Made by a program: the position numbers and the translations under genes. A stretch of 62,067 nucleotides of DNA, counting the filler, from Hausera hauseri (Eukaryota): the NCBI GenBank assembly GCA_046269625.1. It is 9 parts of 9 records of this genome, joined end to end, with 100 filler letters (N's around TTAATTAATTAA, not from the genome) between each part and the next. Parts side by side here need not be neighbours in the genome. Positions count along the whole stretch, not along the records: positions 1 to 14,883 come from JBJURY010522124.1; positions 14,984 to 19,229 come from JBJURY010678662.1; positions 19,330 to 24,824 come from JBJURY010242627.1; positions 24,925 to 33,788 come from JBJURY010518791.1; 5 more parts are not named here. One strand, given 5' to 3'. The notes under the pieces are model-generated. The model was not told where the DNA came from and made no database searches. It was given only the letters and a program-made list of their open reading frames with translations. Below, in pieces: positions 14,170 to 25,241 of this stretch (the first letter of the stretch is position 1; every line of letters starts with the position of its first letter).

Positions 14170-14883
14170 GCTAGACCGATATCGTATGTGCAAATCGCTT
14201 CATATGTACCGAAGGTGAGGTCGATAACGCTAACCGAAAAACTACAATATGCGGCAAGACGGAAGGATATCCAAAACTTGCAATCACTTAGAGTGGACGA
14301 TATGGATTAGAACAAACTTTGTGCGTGGTTCGAAGCAAGTGAACCTATTCAGAGCCATGTGAATTTTCAAATAATATTTGTAACTAGATCCACGATGAGA
14401 ACATGCGATTTTCCGTATGGAATTCATAAGAAATGTTGCGATTTGGACTTTGAACGAACCTACTGATACAGGTTTCAAATGTTCTATTATAATCAGCCTG
14501 GAGCCCAAGCCTATATAATTACTGAATTTTTAATAAGAATGCCTCAACGAAATAGCACGAATCAAGCTAAGATGGACGAGGTAGTCCGAAATACTGACCC
14601 GTTTAAAAGGTTCTTAGATTATAATATTACTGGGATTTCCAAGGACTTTAAGCACCAATGTATTCGAATTAAAACCAACGTGGAACTGCCAGAAAACAGA
14701 CAAATTTCTGTCCGATGTATATTACTGAATGCCTAGACTCCTATTCCGGAGTATTGTTATCTGGACCGACGACTACCTACTGTGTGTTGTGAACTGCAAC
14801 TAGGACAAAAGTATTAGTTACAACTCGATTTGTACAATACGTACCCCGGAGAACGAAGCACTTATTTAAGGGGATACCGTCCA
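14170..14883 (+). pseudogene. Post-integrase Cys-containing ectodomain, copy 1 (cut by contig end)
   Basis: Same reading frame as the integrase C-terminus. Homologous to 40125..41160 (MRTCD.PYG, QMFYYN.PGA, TDPFK..LDYNI, ELQLGQKY). Confidence 0.75.
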
Positions 14884-14983
14884 NNNNNNNNNNNNNNNNN
14901 NNNNNNNNNNNNNNNNNNNNNNNNNNNTTAATTAATTAANNNNNNNNNNNNNNNNNNNNNNNNNNNNNNNNNNNNNNNNNNNN
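14884..14983. other. Artificial contig linker (also 19230-19329, 24825-24924, 33789-33888, 41376-41475, 46314-46413, 52630-52729, 57008-57107)
   Basis: Identical 44N-TTAATTAATTAA-44N blocks carrying stops in all six frames. Confidence 0.99.
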
Positions 14984-15392
14984 AAACTTTCTAATGGCGA
15001 TTGTCAGGAAACGAAAAAGGAACTTGCTCAGTAATCAGCAGCAGCAAAATCGATGTTAAAAAGGCAAAATGCTATGATTGGAATACTTAAACGAAAATCA
15101 AAACCATCGTGTCAAACACAGACATTTTACAGACACGAATTTTTCGCATGTATGAAATGCATTTTCTGCAAACGCCCGTACTGATTTCATTGAATGATCC
15201 CGTGTCTCTGTGCGCCCAAGTACAGCTATCGTGTAAAACAACTTTCAGGTGAAAATTTGGACGAACTTTCTGGTGCTCTACATCAATTAAACGTGGATTT
15301 AAAGTTGAACGAAACGACCGTGCAACAGCAATCTATGGTTTTACCAGCTCAGAAAACGAAATTGTTTGATTTTATCGGTCGCGAAATTTCTA

Positions 15393-15863
15393 ATGTACCA
15401 GATGATAATTATCTTAACAGACGAAAATGCCTTTGTACCGAAACGTGTTACAGCAAACAGTGCAGGCTACGATGTGTTTCCCAATGTCAATGCGACAATT
15501 TCGGACAGCACAACCAAATGCATAACGAGTGGGATTCGATTGGCGATTCCACCCGGTTACCACGGCCAACTTTTATCGAAAAGCGGGCTGGCAAAACTCA
15601 GACTGACAGTTGTGGGCGGCGGCGGTGTCATTGATTCAGACTTTCGTGGTGAAATTAAGGTGTTGCTGGAAAACAAATCCGGCGAACCGCATGCTTTTTC
15701 GAAAGGCAGTGCAATCGCACAAATAATTTTTCTTCGCTGTGAAGAGGCGGAATTCAGTGTAATGTCACGGGAACAATGGGGATTGTTTTGCGTCAATGAA
15801 TCGACACGAAATGAACGCAGAGAATTTGGCTTTGGTGACATGAACAAAACCACCTATGTTTAA
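15393..15863 (+). CDS. dut: Trimeric dUTPase (probably Polinton-associated)
   Basis: Five motifs in order: SAGYD, SKSGL, GVIDSDFRGEIKV, AIAQIIF, RREFGFG. Intronless and open. Confidence 0.93.
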   Translation: MYQMIIILTDENAFVPKRVTANSAGYDVFPNVNATISDSTTKCITSGIRLAIPPGYHGQLLSKSGLAKLRLTVVGGGGVIDSDFRGEIKVLLENKSGEPHAFSKGSAIAQIIFLRCEEAEFSVMSREQWGLFCVNESTRNERREFGFGDMNKTTYV

Positions 15864-15940
15864 TGATTGTGATACTAATAATATTAGTTAGTTGTTTTGT
15901 TTGTGTTATAAACAAAAAATGATTTTGTACATGATAAATA

Positions 15941-16400
15941 ATGGCGACAGTATTTATAGATATTAAAGCTTTCAAAAATGATAATGCCCTGTACATAACA
16001 AAGGAATTATGCATTATGGACGTCGGTAATATTTTCGAACCACTTTTGTACATATTCAAGCCCGGTATTGTGTGAAAAGACCTGAAGAAAAAAACGAAAA
16101 TTACAAATGGATTTCTCTTTCGACATCGTCATGGACTTCATTGGCATAAAGGCAATTCAACGTTTTGTGCGCGTATTACGGGAGAGATTTGTGATAGTTT
16201 TGACATTGAAAATGCAATATTTTACATTAAAGCAAATTGACGGACAAAAGTTTACACAACTCCATTCACACTTTCCTGAGTTGCGAATGACGACGTATTC
16301 AACAACATCGAATAACTCGCTGGAGATGGTACCTGACAAAATCCTTTGTCCGTATCGTGATCATGGACCACATTGTGCTTACAAAAAGTAACTACGGCTT
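15941..16400 (+). pseudogene. DEDD/DnaQ exonuclease-like ORF of the type seen in Polintons
   Basis: MATVFIDIKAF..YITKELCI..YIFKP..*KDL..TNGFL..HGLHWHKG, then a frameshift into ..KFTQL..CPYRDHGPHCA. Confidence 0.6.
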
Positions 16401-16717
16401 TGTATTGACTGTTTCATGCAAATAAATAAATATGTATGTATTTCCTTCTTTTTGTAAATAATTCTCATGTCATGTTTAGCAGTATTGATCAGTTGAATAA
16501 TTCAAAAACCATAAATACGGGTAGGTTATAATAATAATCATGAACTATAATGGAAATTGTACACATTTGTTACGAATGACTTCAATAACATAAAGTAATT
16601 TGTATCAGTGTGATATGAGACAATACTTACAAAGTAAATGTCTATTGTTTACAATGAAAACAAACCTTTGATATAAATATGGATGCAATTTCATTTCACG
16701 TTTGTCTTATTTAAAAA

Positions 16718-17170
16718 ATGTCTTTGGGAAACAATTCAGCAGGTGACAGTCTCTCAAAAAAGCCACGGTACAGCGAATATTCGCCCAGAAATTCTCGGTT
16801 GTGTAATGGATACAACTTACATTATCTGCGCAACGCTATTCAATTCCCATTGACTCAAACAGTCAAAATCAATCCGGTGAAATATGGTCTATTGGTGAAA
16901 AAGATCAGCGACGATGATTTGGATACAATGGACGACACCATTAGAAAAGTTGACAGTGATTTGGCGTTGAGTAACGATATCTGAGATACATCGTCAATTT
17001 TTCTCAAAGGAAATATGGCGAAAATTGTCTGTTCACATTGCGGAGAAGCAGCAGCAGTTTTGCTACCTGACACTGAAGCTCACAGGATACAAGGAAAGGA
17101 GCGGCGAAAATCCCCAATATGGAAAATGGGGAAGTTTACTATAATTTAACTGATTTATTTCGTGTAATTT
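16718..17170 (+). pseudogene. Unknown small ORF, probably part of the Polinton
   Basis: ATG after an AT-rich spacer, intronless, with an internal stop at 16984. Lies between Polinton-like genes. Confidence 0.3.
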
Positions 17171-17419
17171 TGTGATTTTAGTTTTACTCCGATCAATAAA
17201 TAAATGTATTCGTGATACATATTTAGTTTTCTCGTGCAAGGTTATTGATTTATTTTTACTTCTGTCTTAATTAATAATAATAGGTTAAGTAACCGAAATG
17301 AAAACACAAAAGACACTGAACAAGATACGTTATTGAAATATAAAAAGCAATATACATCGGATAATTGTCAATGATTGTCACAGTAACTAAACTGAACTGA
17401 ACCAACAAAGCATTGATTG

Positions 17420-19229
17420 TTTGGACGTGCGTTTATTTCAGCCGCCAATGTCCATACGCCCGACTCTTATTTTTCCCCACCCACTTTTGCTTATCATCGT
17501 TACATGACCAAGCGACTTTTGCACTAGTTATTGTATACAGCTGGTTCTCAATTAATCGGATGATAGTTTAAAACACAACAGCCACTGATTGTCCTCCTTC
17601 TGCTGCTGTTTCATACATATGGCGATAATCATCGTGGCTGATTTCCGTCTGCTTCAGCTGGACACCTTTTGCTCGCACTTTCGGTCCACAGTCCGTCAGA
17701 TGACTATAGCACTTTGGGCGTCGGAATATCCATTTCCGATACTGAACCCGACCTTCACTTTCAAAATAAAAGCAGTCGATTTTGTTGATTATCGCGCTGC
17801 TGTACAACGGATAATCCGGCGGGTAGTTGGACGTGTCCAGTAATCCATCTGACTGCATTTGCTGCAGTAGCTGTTTGCCATTGACTTTTCTCAGCCGCAG
17901 GAAAAAACTGTCCGTGTTATCGGCAATTATACAAATGTCACAGCCGTCAAACATTTGCCGGTAACGTGCCAAGTCGCGATGCTGTAGCTCATAAATCCGC
18001 AACTTGCTCAGGTCCAATACTACTTGTCCAATGTAACTTGACCAATCCAGAATGATTTCTTCTCTGTTTAACAGTACCGCAACCAATCCATCGACAATGT
18101 GCATTGACCGCTGAAATTGTGCCTTGCTGGTATACGTAACCAGCCGCTTTTCTCTGTTTCACAGGCGCCCATTGAGCCGCTTTTTCAGATTCCCCACTGT
18201 TTTTCCGTGCAAGGAATTGTTTTCCAGCTTGTAATAGTCCTTTTCGAACTTTGTATAAGCTGCGGCTCGTTTTTCCGAATTTCCATCTATGTACGCATTG
18301 AATATGGGAGCCTGAAAAAATCGGATTGCACAATGCAGCTGTGCAAGGCGAACACCGAGCTGCATGTAGAACTGTAGCAGACGCCAATGGATCACGTAAT
18401 TCAGCTTCGTTTCATGCGTCATGGGCAGTTTCTTCTGAGCCTGATGGACATTGGTTAAATGGTGCAACCGGCAAATCGTGCAAAACGTCATGCAACTCAT
18501 CAGGTATCCGACTGAGCCTGCCATGTCTGCTCGTGGTAGGTTGACCATTATGTCGTCTAGATCTTGTTTGTCGACTATCCATTCGAATGAACCATACGGC
18601 AATGGTTGCAAAAGCGCCCAGCCGTACAGGTTATTAATATCAATATACAGCAGTGATGTGGTACCGGTAGCACTGATCTGACGCTTGTTGACAAATATCA
18701 TGCCACCACGAATACCAACATCAAACAGCCGGTACACTTTCGAGTCTTGCAGCAGCTCCATGTCTCGATCCAGTGACATTAGAGCTGACGCCAAACTCAT
18801 TCCCGGTATGGAATAAAAGTTGACTGGCACCAGCCTATCTTCAGCCAACGCTTTAGCTCAAAATGTCTGAAATATATTGGCTAATAAGTACACGTTCAGT
18901 TTCAGATACTTAGGCATATACTCCAACATGTTTCTGCAGCTGAGTTCTGTCCAACACCTCTGTGCTTTCCGGTATTCATCCTCTGTGATACCTGTCCATC
19001 GCGGCGGTATTTCCTCTGCTGTTTGGAGTCTCTCATATGATGTTGCAAAGTCATAATGAAATATGCCTTTGCTACGCGCAATATGTGTGGGAAATTGCGT
19101 CAATGTTATCGATACATCCAGCAAGGCATTTACAAGCTTTGTTAGAGACTCATTGAGAAATTGCAATGAGTCGAGGAAGCTTACCTAAAACCGGTTTATG
19201 CGTTCTGACAGAGACAGGTATTTCTCCAT
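17420..19229 (-). mobile_element. Polinton/Maverick protein-primed DNA polymerase B, decayed (type 1)
   Basis: FLDSLQFL..SL, KGIF.YD, GIRGG, LLYIDINNLYGWAL..LPYG (motif A), KLENNSLHGKT (motif B), degenerate DNTDS (motif C), RPKCYS, RAKGV. Confidence 0.92.
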
Positions 19230-19329
19230 NNNNNNNNNNNNNNNNNNNNNNNNNNNNNNNNNNNNNNNNNNNNTTAATTAATTAANNNNNNNNNNNNNNN
19301 NNNNNNNNNNNNNNNNNNNNNNNNNNNNN

Positions 19330-19950
19330 CTCAGATTCGTAGGCAGCCTCAACAGAGGAGACAATTAGAGGCGAAACTCAGTTCAGACTACCCAGCAGGT
19401 ACAAGAAATATGCCACAGAATTAGAAGCCTGTATGGTGTGAATGTATATATCCGGTGGATACCAGACCACACAAACATGACTTTCAATGAGATAGCCGAT
19501 AGAATTGCAAAGACGGGAGTACAAATGTCCGAGATAGAACATCCATTATGTTTGGTAACACCAAAACAGATGATCAAAAATAATTGTAGACGATTGGAAT
19601 AAGTGGAAGGAAGCTTTTGAGACACCTTACAACTGCCAATAATGAAGCTGCTATTAACCAGGTTGAACGAAGGTACCAAACACAGATCTTCAGGTTGAGA
19701 ACTGGCCGCTCAACACTAAATGCTCACAGAAAAAGACTAGACCCATAGACTACAGCAAGATGCAGACACTGTAGACACCAAAATGAGACAGTGAAGCATT
19801 GTCTGCTGTCCTCCATGAGCTGAGACGGTTTTTGCCACTTGACAACCCAAACATTGACAGTGTCCTATATGGCAGCCAACAGCAGCTTATCAAAACTTCC
19901 CAGTACCACGCAATGGCATTAAAGACAACAAGAGCTGACGCTCGATGACT
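19330..19950 (+). mobile_element. 3' end of an RNase H-bearing non-LTR retrotransposon (I/Nimb/Ingi-like)
   Basis: IRWIPDHTNMTFNEIADRIAKTG (RNase H C-terminus), then LTRLRTG and CRHC..ETVKH (CCHC-type). Confidence 0.8.
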
Positions 19951-20374
19951 GTGAATCAAAGACAAGACCATCAAGCTTCAGAAAAATGTATAGCTATTTG
20001 GGATTAGTCGAAAGTAATACAATAAAGAACTAAGGAAAACAAGAGGAGAACAAGGGACGTCCACAAGGACAAGCAGTTAAACACAAGTCACCACGACTAT
20101 CTCACAAGGTCATATGTACAGCATAATAAAGTGATGGAGTAAAGAATACCGCAATGGATAGGACATGACATGAGGGAGACACAGGACCCACTGCCAAAGG
20201 TAGCATTACAGGTAAAGAGAGGAAGAAATCACCTAGGAAGGCGTGGACGTTTCAGTCAAAGTAAATGCGGTCATATGGAATTCTGGGTTTGGAGATAGTC
20301 AAAGTTAAAACAAAGTTTTGGAAGTCTCTTCTCAACAGCAGACTTAATTGTCATGGGAACTAGTGGTATTCTAG

Positions 20375-20470
20375 CACATACACATACACAAACATATGCA
20401 CGTACGCACGCACACGTGCACGCGCACACACGCATGCACACACACACAAACACGCACGCGCACGCACACG
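20375..20470. repeat. (CA)/(CG) microsatellite
   Basis: Visible directly in the sequence. Confidence 0.9.
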
Positions 20471-21301
20471 AAGAGAGGCATAGACATATAATGAAAGAAC
20501 GCAATATGGGTCATAAAAACAAACGCAGATTAAGACAATGATGCAAAGCACTAAAAGAGAAGTAGAATTATCATTTCTCTACACAATATCGGTTGCATCG
20601 TGTTGCTGTGAAACATGGAATAAAGAAAGTCATCTCGAAGGAAATCGGGGAGAAAGGGCTGGCAAGGCAACCCTACTTTCACCGAGTCCGTCGCGGGCTC
20701 TTGGTGTTCCCCGTTAGGAATAGACAGGGCTCTGCGATTCATCATATACTCGAGCGGGGCGAGGCGTGTAATGTCAGTTCCTCCTCTTGTCCCTATGCTA
20801 CTGAAAGGCAATGTTCAGACGATGGTTCGGGTAGAAGAGCCTAGCCTGTGTCGGAGAAGCTGCATGGGGCTTTTACATGATCCCATATCCCAGGCAAGAT
20901 AACCGCTGCGCAGTGCAAAGGCAGGAACCTAATGGGAAAGCTCCGTTACCTCTCTGGTACCTCGGAAACACACACATCACGGAGTGGACCTGTCCGAACG
21001 CGAAGACAGGGGAAGGTGAGTAGCAATGCTTTGATGCACAGTGTTACAAAAGAGTTTTGAGCATTTCGTGGACACAGAGAAAACAAAAGCAATAGCAAGG
21101 GTGTTGCCGGTCAAGGCCACCGGAACATAACGCAGTCCCGTGGACTCGACGTTACCCCTGGCAACCGACTGGGATATGCAAATTCCTTAAGCGCTTGCAT
21201 GGGGACATTTGTATATTGCTGATCACCCCTGCTACTGTTTAGAATCTGAGAACCGCTGTTTATGGTTCCTTCATCGCTCTGTGATGTTCAGTTTCTCAGC
21301 G

Positions 21302-21332
<31 letters not shown>

Positions 21333-21333
21333 A
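21302..21333. repeat. (CAA)n microsatellite
   Basis: Visible directly in the sequence. Confidence 0.9.
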
Positions 21334-21399
21334 ACTAAGTACCGAAGAAATTCTATCGGGGACAAAAGGATATCTAGTTTTATGATAACTATATAATCC

Positions 21400-21680
21400 A
21401 GTGGAGCCGCGGTGGCGTTGCGGTTAGTGCGCTTGTCTGTCGATCGTGTGGTCACGGGTTCAATACCAGCTGTGCACATTTAACTTTTATTAAATCAAAA
21501 CGTCTCCAGGGGCCCACCCAGCCTCAAAAATGGGTACCGGAGAAATTCTCTGGGAAAGTAAAAGCGGCCTGGGTTGAACGAAGGTACCAAACATAACATA
21601 ACCCAATTACGTGCCGATGTTTAGGAAAAAATGTGGACATCAACTCCACATACACTGGACTTTACTATTTTTTACTTTAC
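21400..21680 (+). mobile_element. tRNA-derived SINE
   Basis: A-box TGGCGTTGCGG and B-box GGTTCAATACC. Conserved invertebrate SINE body CCACCCAGCC..AATGGGTACC..GGGAAAGTAAAAGCGGC. (CTTTA)-type tail near 21660-21680. Confidence 0.75.
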
Positions 21681-21792
21681 TGTATAACGCAGTAGAATGC
21701 CGTTGTCAACTTTGTCACTAACTCGACATTTCCTTGTATGTTTTTGGCAATGCTTGCGTAATTTTACTGTTAATTGTTACCTAAGAAGATGA

Positions 21793-21942
21793 TTAAAATC
21801 AAGTTACACTGCAACATATTTTATTCTCAAGTCTGATGGCTCCCCAATCTTTGATATAAAACCGAACGGAGACCTTGAGATGGACGAAGAAGTTGATTTC
21901 GATAAAGGAAAAAGGGTGTACAAGCTACGTATAACAGCCAAG
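21793..21942 (+). CDS. Host cadherin-repeat exon
   Basis: YFILKSDGSPIFDIKPNGDLEMDEEVDFDKGKRVYKLRITAK fits F.I...G...LDFE..Y.L.I.A. It ends at a GTAAGT donor at 21943; the 5' boundary is uncertain. Confidence 0.7.
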
Positions 21943-22029
21943 GTAAGTGAATTATTTCTCTTGGTTCGGGAAGTCTTACCCGTAATCATCATCACGCAGT
22001 GTGTTCTTTGTAGAACGTAGCTCTTATCA

Positions 22030-22340
22030 CAGTATACCTAAGAGACTGTCTCTGGCCTGCTTATTTTCAAAGTCTCCTCGATGTCTTGCTTCCATCGTCC
22101 TCTTGTTGCCTCGTATGGCAGAAACTGTGCCTTCCACTACTGCTCTTCCCAGACCGTCATTGTTTTTATAGTGGCCATAGTAATTCAGCTTTCAAGACAT
22201 CATTAGGTTCATAAGTCGGTTGTCATAAGGCGGATCTTCCTAAATACCAGCCTTGGACCCAGTGCTCTCTTGGCACGGTCATTTTTCGTCCCATCCCCAT
22301 CCTTTGGTTTTGTTGTCGAACAGATATAAATTCCATCTCC
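22030..22340 (-). mobile_element. RTE-like LINE 3' fragment
   Basis: KLNYYGH..GLGRAVVEGTV..RG..RWKQDI, across frameshifts. Confidence 0.65.
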
Positions 22341-22599
22341 TTCACCAGCAGCTATGTATACAATCTAAAAGTGTGCATAAAATGGTAAAATCCAGAACAA
22401 GTTAGTAAGAGAAAGGATATAATTCCAACAGCAATCACACTGACATGAGTAGTATATCATGTCCGGAACAGGTATTATTTGCCTGCAGGGTCCTGATATA
22501 AAAACTATTCCCCTGCAGGCTCCTGCAACCTTATATAAACTATAGGGTAAGAGCAGATAACTGTTGTAGGGATCGATATTCAAGGGCAGCTAACTGTAG

Positions 22600-23220
22600 A
22601 TAAGCATTGTGGCGTGATGTCCTTTGGGAGCATGGGAGCTCTGGGGCCGAGCGTTGGATCATTAGTGACCTCCTGAAGCTGTAGGAAAGGGACTAGTGTC
22701 CATCATCACTACTGACCAAGACCTTCTGATGAAGGGAGCATGGGAGCAGAGGAGCTTGGTAGAACCACAAAGAAGACGATGGAGCGTGGTAGCTGTAAGC
22801 CTATAGCGGTGGATCGTTGACCTTCCAAAGCTGTAGGAATCTGAAACGGGTGAACAGCAGGTCTATGAACCATTAGTGACCAAGACTTTTATCATCAGGC
22901 GGTAAGACTTCAGTGAGCATCCATCATCATCATGGGGCGATTCCTTCTGATGTAGGGGGCCTATTGTTTCTTCTAAGCGGTAAACATATAGCCATCAGCA
23001 GTGATCAAGACCCTACAAAGCTGTATGAGCTGTAAGCCTATAGCTAGTGGAGCCCAAGACCTTCCGACGCTGTAGGAGGGAAGCTCTGGCATGGCAGCGC
23101 CTTCTATATTCTCAGCCAGCCAAACCTTGTAATCTATAATTATTGTAGGCGATGTCATCCCTCTGATGTGTGGAGCATGGGAACCGAGCCAACAGTCAAG
23201 TGGTGAAATATTAGCTAGTA
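22600..23220. repeat. Diverged minisatellite-like repeats
   Basis: Recurring words GGAGCATGGGA, GACCAAGAC, GCTGTAAGCCTATAGC and GCTGTAGGA. Confidence 0.6.
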
Positions 23221-23359
23221 CTTCTCCAGTGAAAGTATTGAGAAACCATCACACTTCATCATCATCATTTCGTAGAAGATTATTCAATGATCAAGATTTA
23301 CTTATCAGCATCATAGATGAAAGAAAGAGAAAGAGAGACAAACAGACAGGAGTGTGACT

Positions 23360-24690
23360 GGCAGGATGTGCGAGTGTGACGGCAGGATCTGAAAGAATCG
23401 GAGACTACGATCGTGGGCTTTCTCAGTACGACGCCTTTCTATGGGCGTTCTGCCTTCCAACATCCACCGACTGAAAAACAAATTCTCACTGCTGTATAGA
23501 AAGGTAAATTTTTTGGTTTGGTAGAGTGTGAAATACACGTTCCCGAAAAGTTGGAATCTCGTTTCTCTTAAATGACGCAAATTTTCAAAAACTTTGACGT
23601 CTCTAGGGACAATATTGGGGCTTTTATGCGCAAACACGCTATCAAAAAAGCTCTTGACGTGTCCACGTCGTACACTGGTGGGGAGTTACAAAAGTGAAAA
23701 GATCCTCCTTGCCACGGCATTGTTAAAGTGGTATTTGTTGCAAGGCCTGGAAGTTACGAAAATCTACAAGATTATCGAAAACCGCCCGATGGCTTGCTTC
23801 CAAACTTTTAGTGAAAGCGTCATGGATGCTCGGCGCAAGGGGGATCTGGACGACATGTACTCCATCACCAGTGAGACGATGAAGTTGTTGGGGAATGCAG
23901 CTTATGGCAAAACCTTAACAAACAAAGCCAAACACACAAAGGTGGCTTATTGTTGTGGCAAAGCTTCTTCGCCCTTTGTAAACAATCCTCGGTTTAAAAA
24001 GATGACCGAGATTAACGACGATCTTTTTGAGGTCGAACTGTTTAAGGATAAAGTATTTTGGGATCTCCTCCTCCAAATAGGTTTTTCTTCGTGTACCAGT
24101 ACGCGAAATTGCGAATGTTAGCATTTTATTATGATTTTATAGACGTTTATGTAGATAGGTCCGACTTTCAATTGTGTGAGATGGATACCGATAGTCTTTA
24201 ATTGGCCTTAAGTAAGCATGACTTAGCCAATGCAGTGAAACCACACAAGAGAAAGCAATTCTTTAGTATGTTCGACGCGTGGTTTCTCGCAAAGGCTTGT
24301 CCCGACCATACGTTGGAATTTAGTTGTAGTACGGGTAAGGAGGGGGTAGATTGCCAAGCCTGTAGGGATAGACCGTTAAAAGATAAAAGAACTCTGGGGC
24401 TTTTTAAGTTAGAGTACTCAGGTCGGGGGACGATATCCCTCTGCCCCAAAACTTACTATTGTTATGGCGACTAAGACAAAATCAGTACTAAAGGATTAAT
24501 AAAGGGACACAACACATTAGATAATAAAAAATTTTTGTCAGTTTTAGAAAATGAACAACCACAGGGAGGGACAAATGTCGGGTTTAAAATACACAAAACA
24601 TCAGTTTACACTTACACACAACATAGAAATTCGTTATCATATTTATACATTAAAAGACAGGTCCAGCCATACAATGTTACTAAGATTTAG
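23360..24690 (+). mobile_element. Polinton/Maverick pPolB C-terminal part, decayed (type 2, distinct from contig B)
   Basis: PRRTLVGSY..KILLAT.LLKWYL, MKLLGNAAYGKT (motif B), VYQYAKLRML.FYYDF, CEMDTDSL (motif C), RTLGLFKLE, LCPKTYY, STKG, LSYLYIKR. Confidence 0.93.
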
Positions 24691-24964
24691 ACACTCCACA
24701 TAACACTAGTTCATGTAAACCAGCCCCCCCCCCCCCCTTTTACTGTAGACACTGTATATTTGTAAAGTTTGTAAATGTTTTCCAAAGTAGTACCATTCAG
24801 TATTTTGTAAATATGTTCAAAGACNNNNNNNNNNNNNNNNNNNNNNNNNNNNNNNNNNNNNNNNNNNNTTAATTAATTAANNNNNNNNNNNNNNNNNNNN
24901 NNNNNNNNNNNNNNNNNNNNNNNNCTGTTATTTTTCTAATCTGCTGCTTTCCATCTTCCATTTT

Positions 24965-25189
24965 CTAATATAGAACTTTTGTTTTCGTGTGATGTGTCAG
25001 AAGACTGTAGAAGGTTTTGCTCGTGATCATTTCAGCCGTTTTCTTAAGTCGGCTTCTCTTTCTACCGAGTCTACTACTTCTAGACGATTTCCGGTCTCTT
25101 GAACGTATTTTCCGATGTCTGCATTTCAAACGTTTTTTTCCCCTCGAGGTGCTGCTGGATGTACTTGACGACTGCGATTGTCTCCACAT
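24965..25189 (-). CDS. Small Arg/Lys/Ser-rich protamine-like ORF (uncertain)
   Basis: 74 aa, ATG start, very basic RS/RK composition. No family recognised. Confidence 0.3.
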   Translation of the reverse strand: MWRQSQSSSTSSSTSRGKKRLKCRHRKIRSRDRKSSRSSRLGRKRSRLKKTAEMITSKTFYSLLTHHTKTKVLY

Positions 25190-25241
25190 TATATGAAATC
25201 AACGTCGAATTGGTAATAGGCAACGGACAAATGAGTACGGA

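Larger units (their letters stand above)
6150..14883 (+). mobile_element. Ty3/gypsy LTR retrotransposon copy 1 (decayed) with internal glycoprotein; LTRs not visible
   Basis: Gypsy domain order PR-RT-RH-IN, interrupted by many stops and frameshifts. Collinear with the copy on contig E. Confidence 0.95.

Noticed and set aside
14884-14983. Recurrent N-flanked TTAATTAATTAA as a biological repeat or CRISPR-like array
   Set aside because: Fixed 100-bp artificial linker; ORFs crossing it (with X runs) are invalid.
20550-21260. Possible structured LINE 5' UTR or HDV-like ribozyme (inverted CATATCCCAG/CTGGGATATG)
   Set aside because: Only a 10-bp inverted match; no complete fold could be verified by eye.
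21400-21475. tRNA gene
   Set aside because: The tRNA-like head runs into a SINE body and tail, and the cloverleaf is imperfect.
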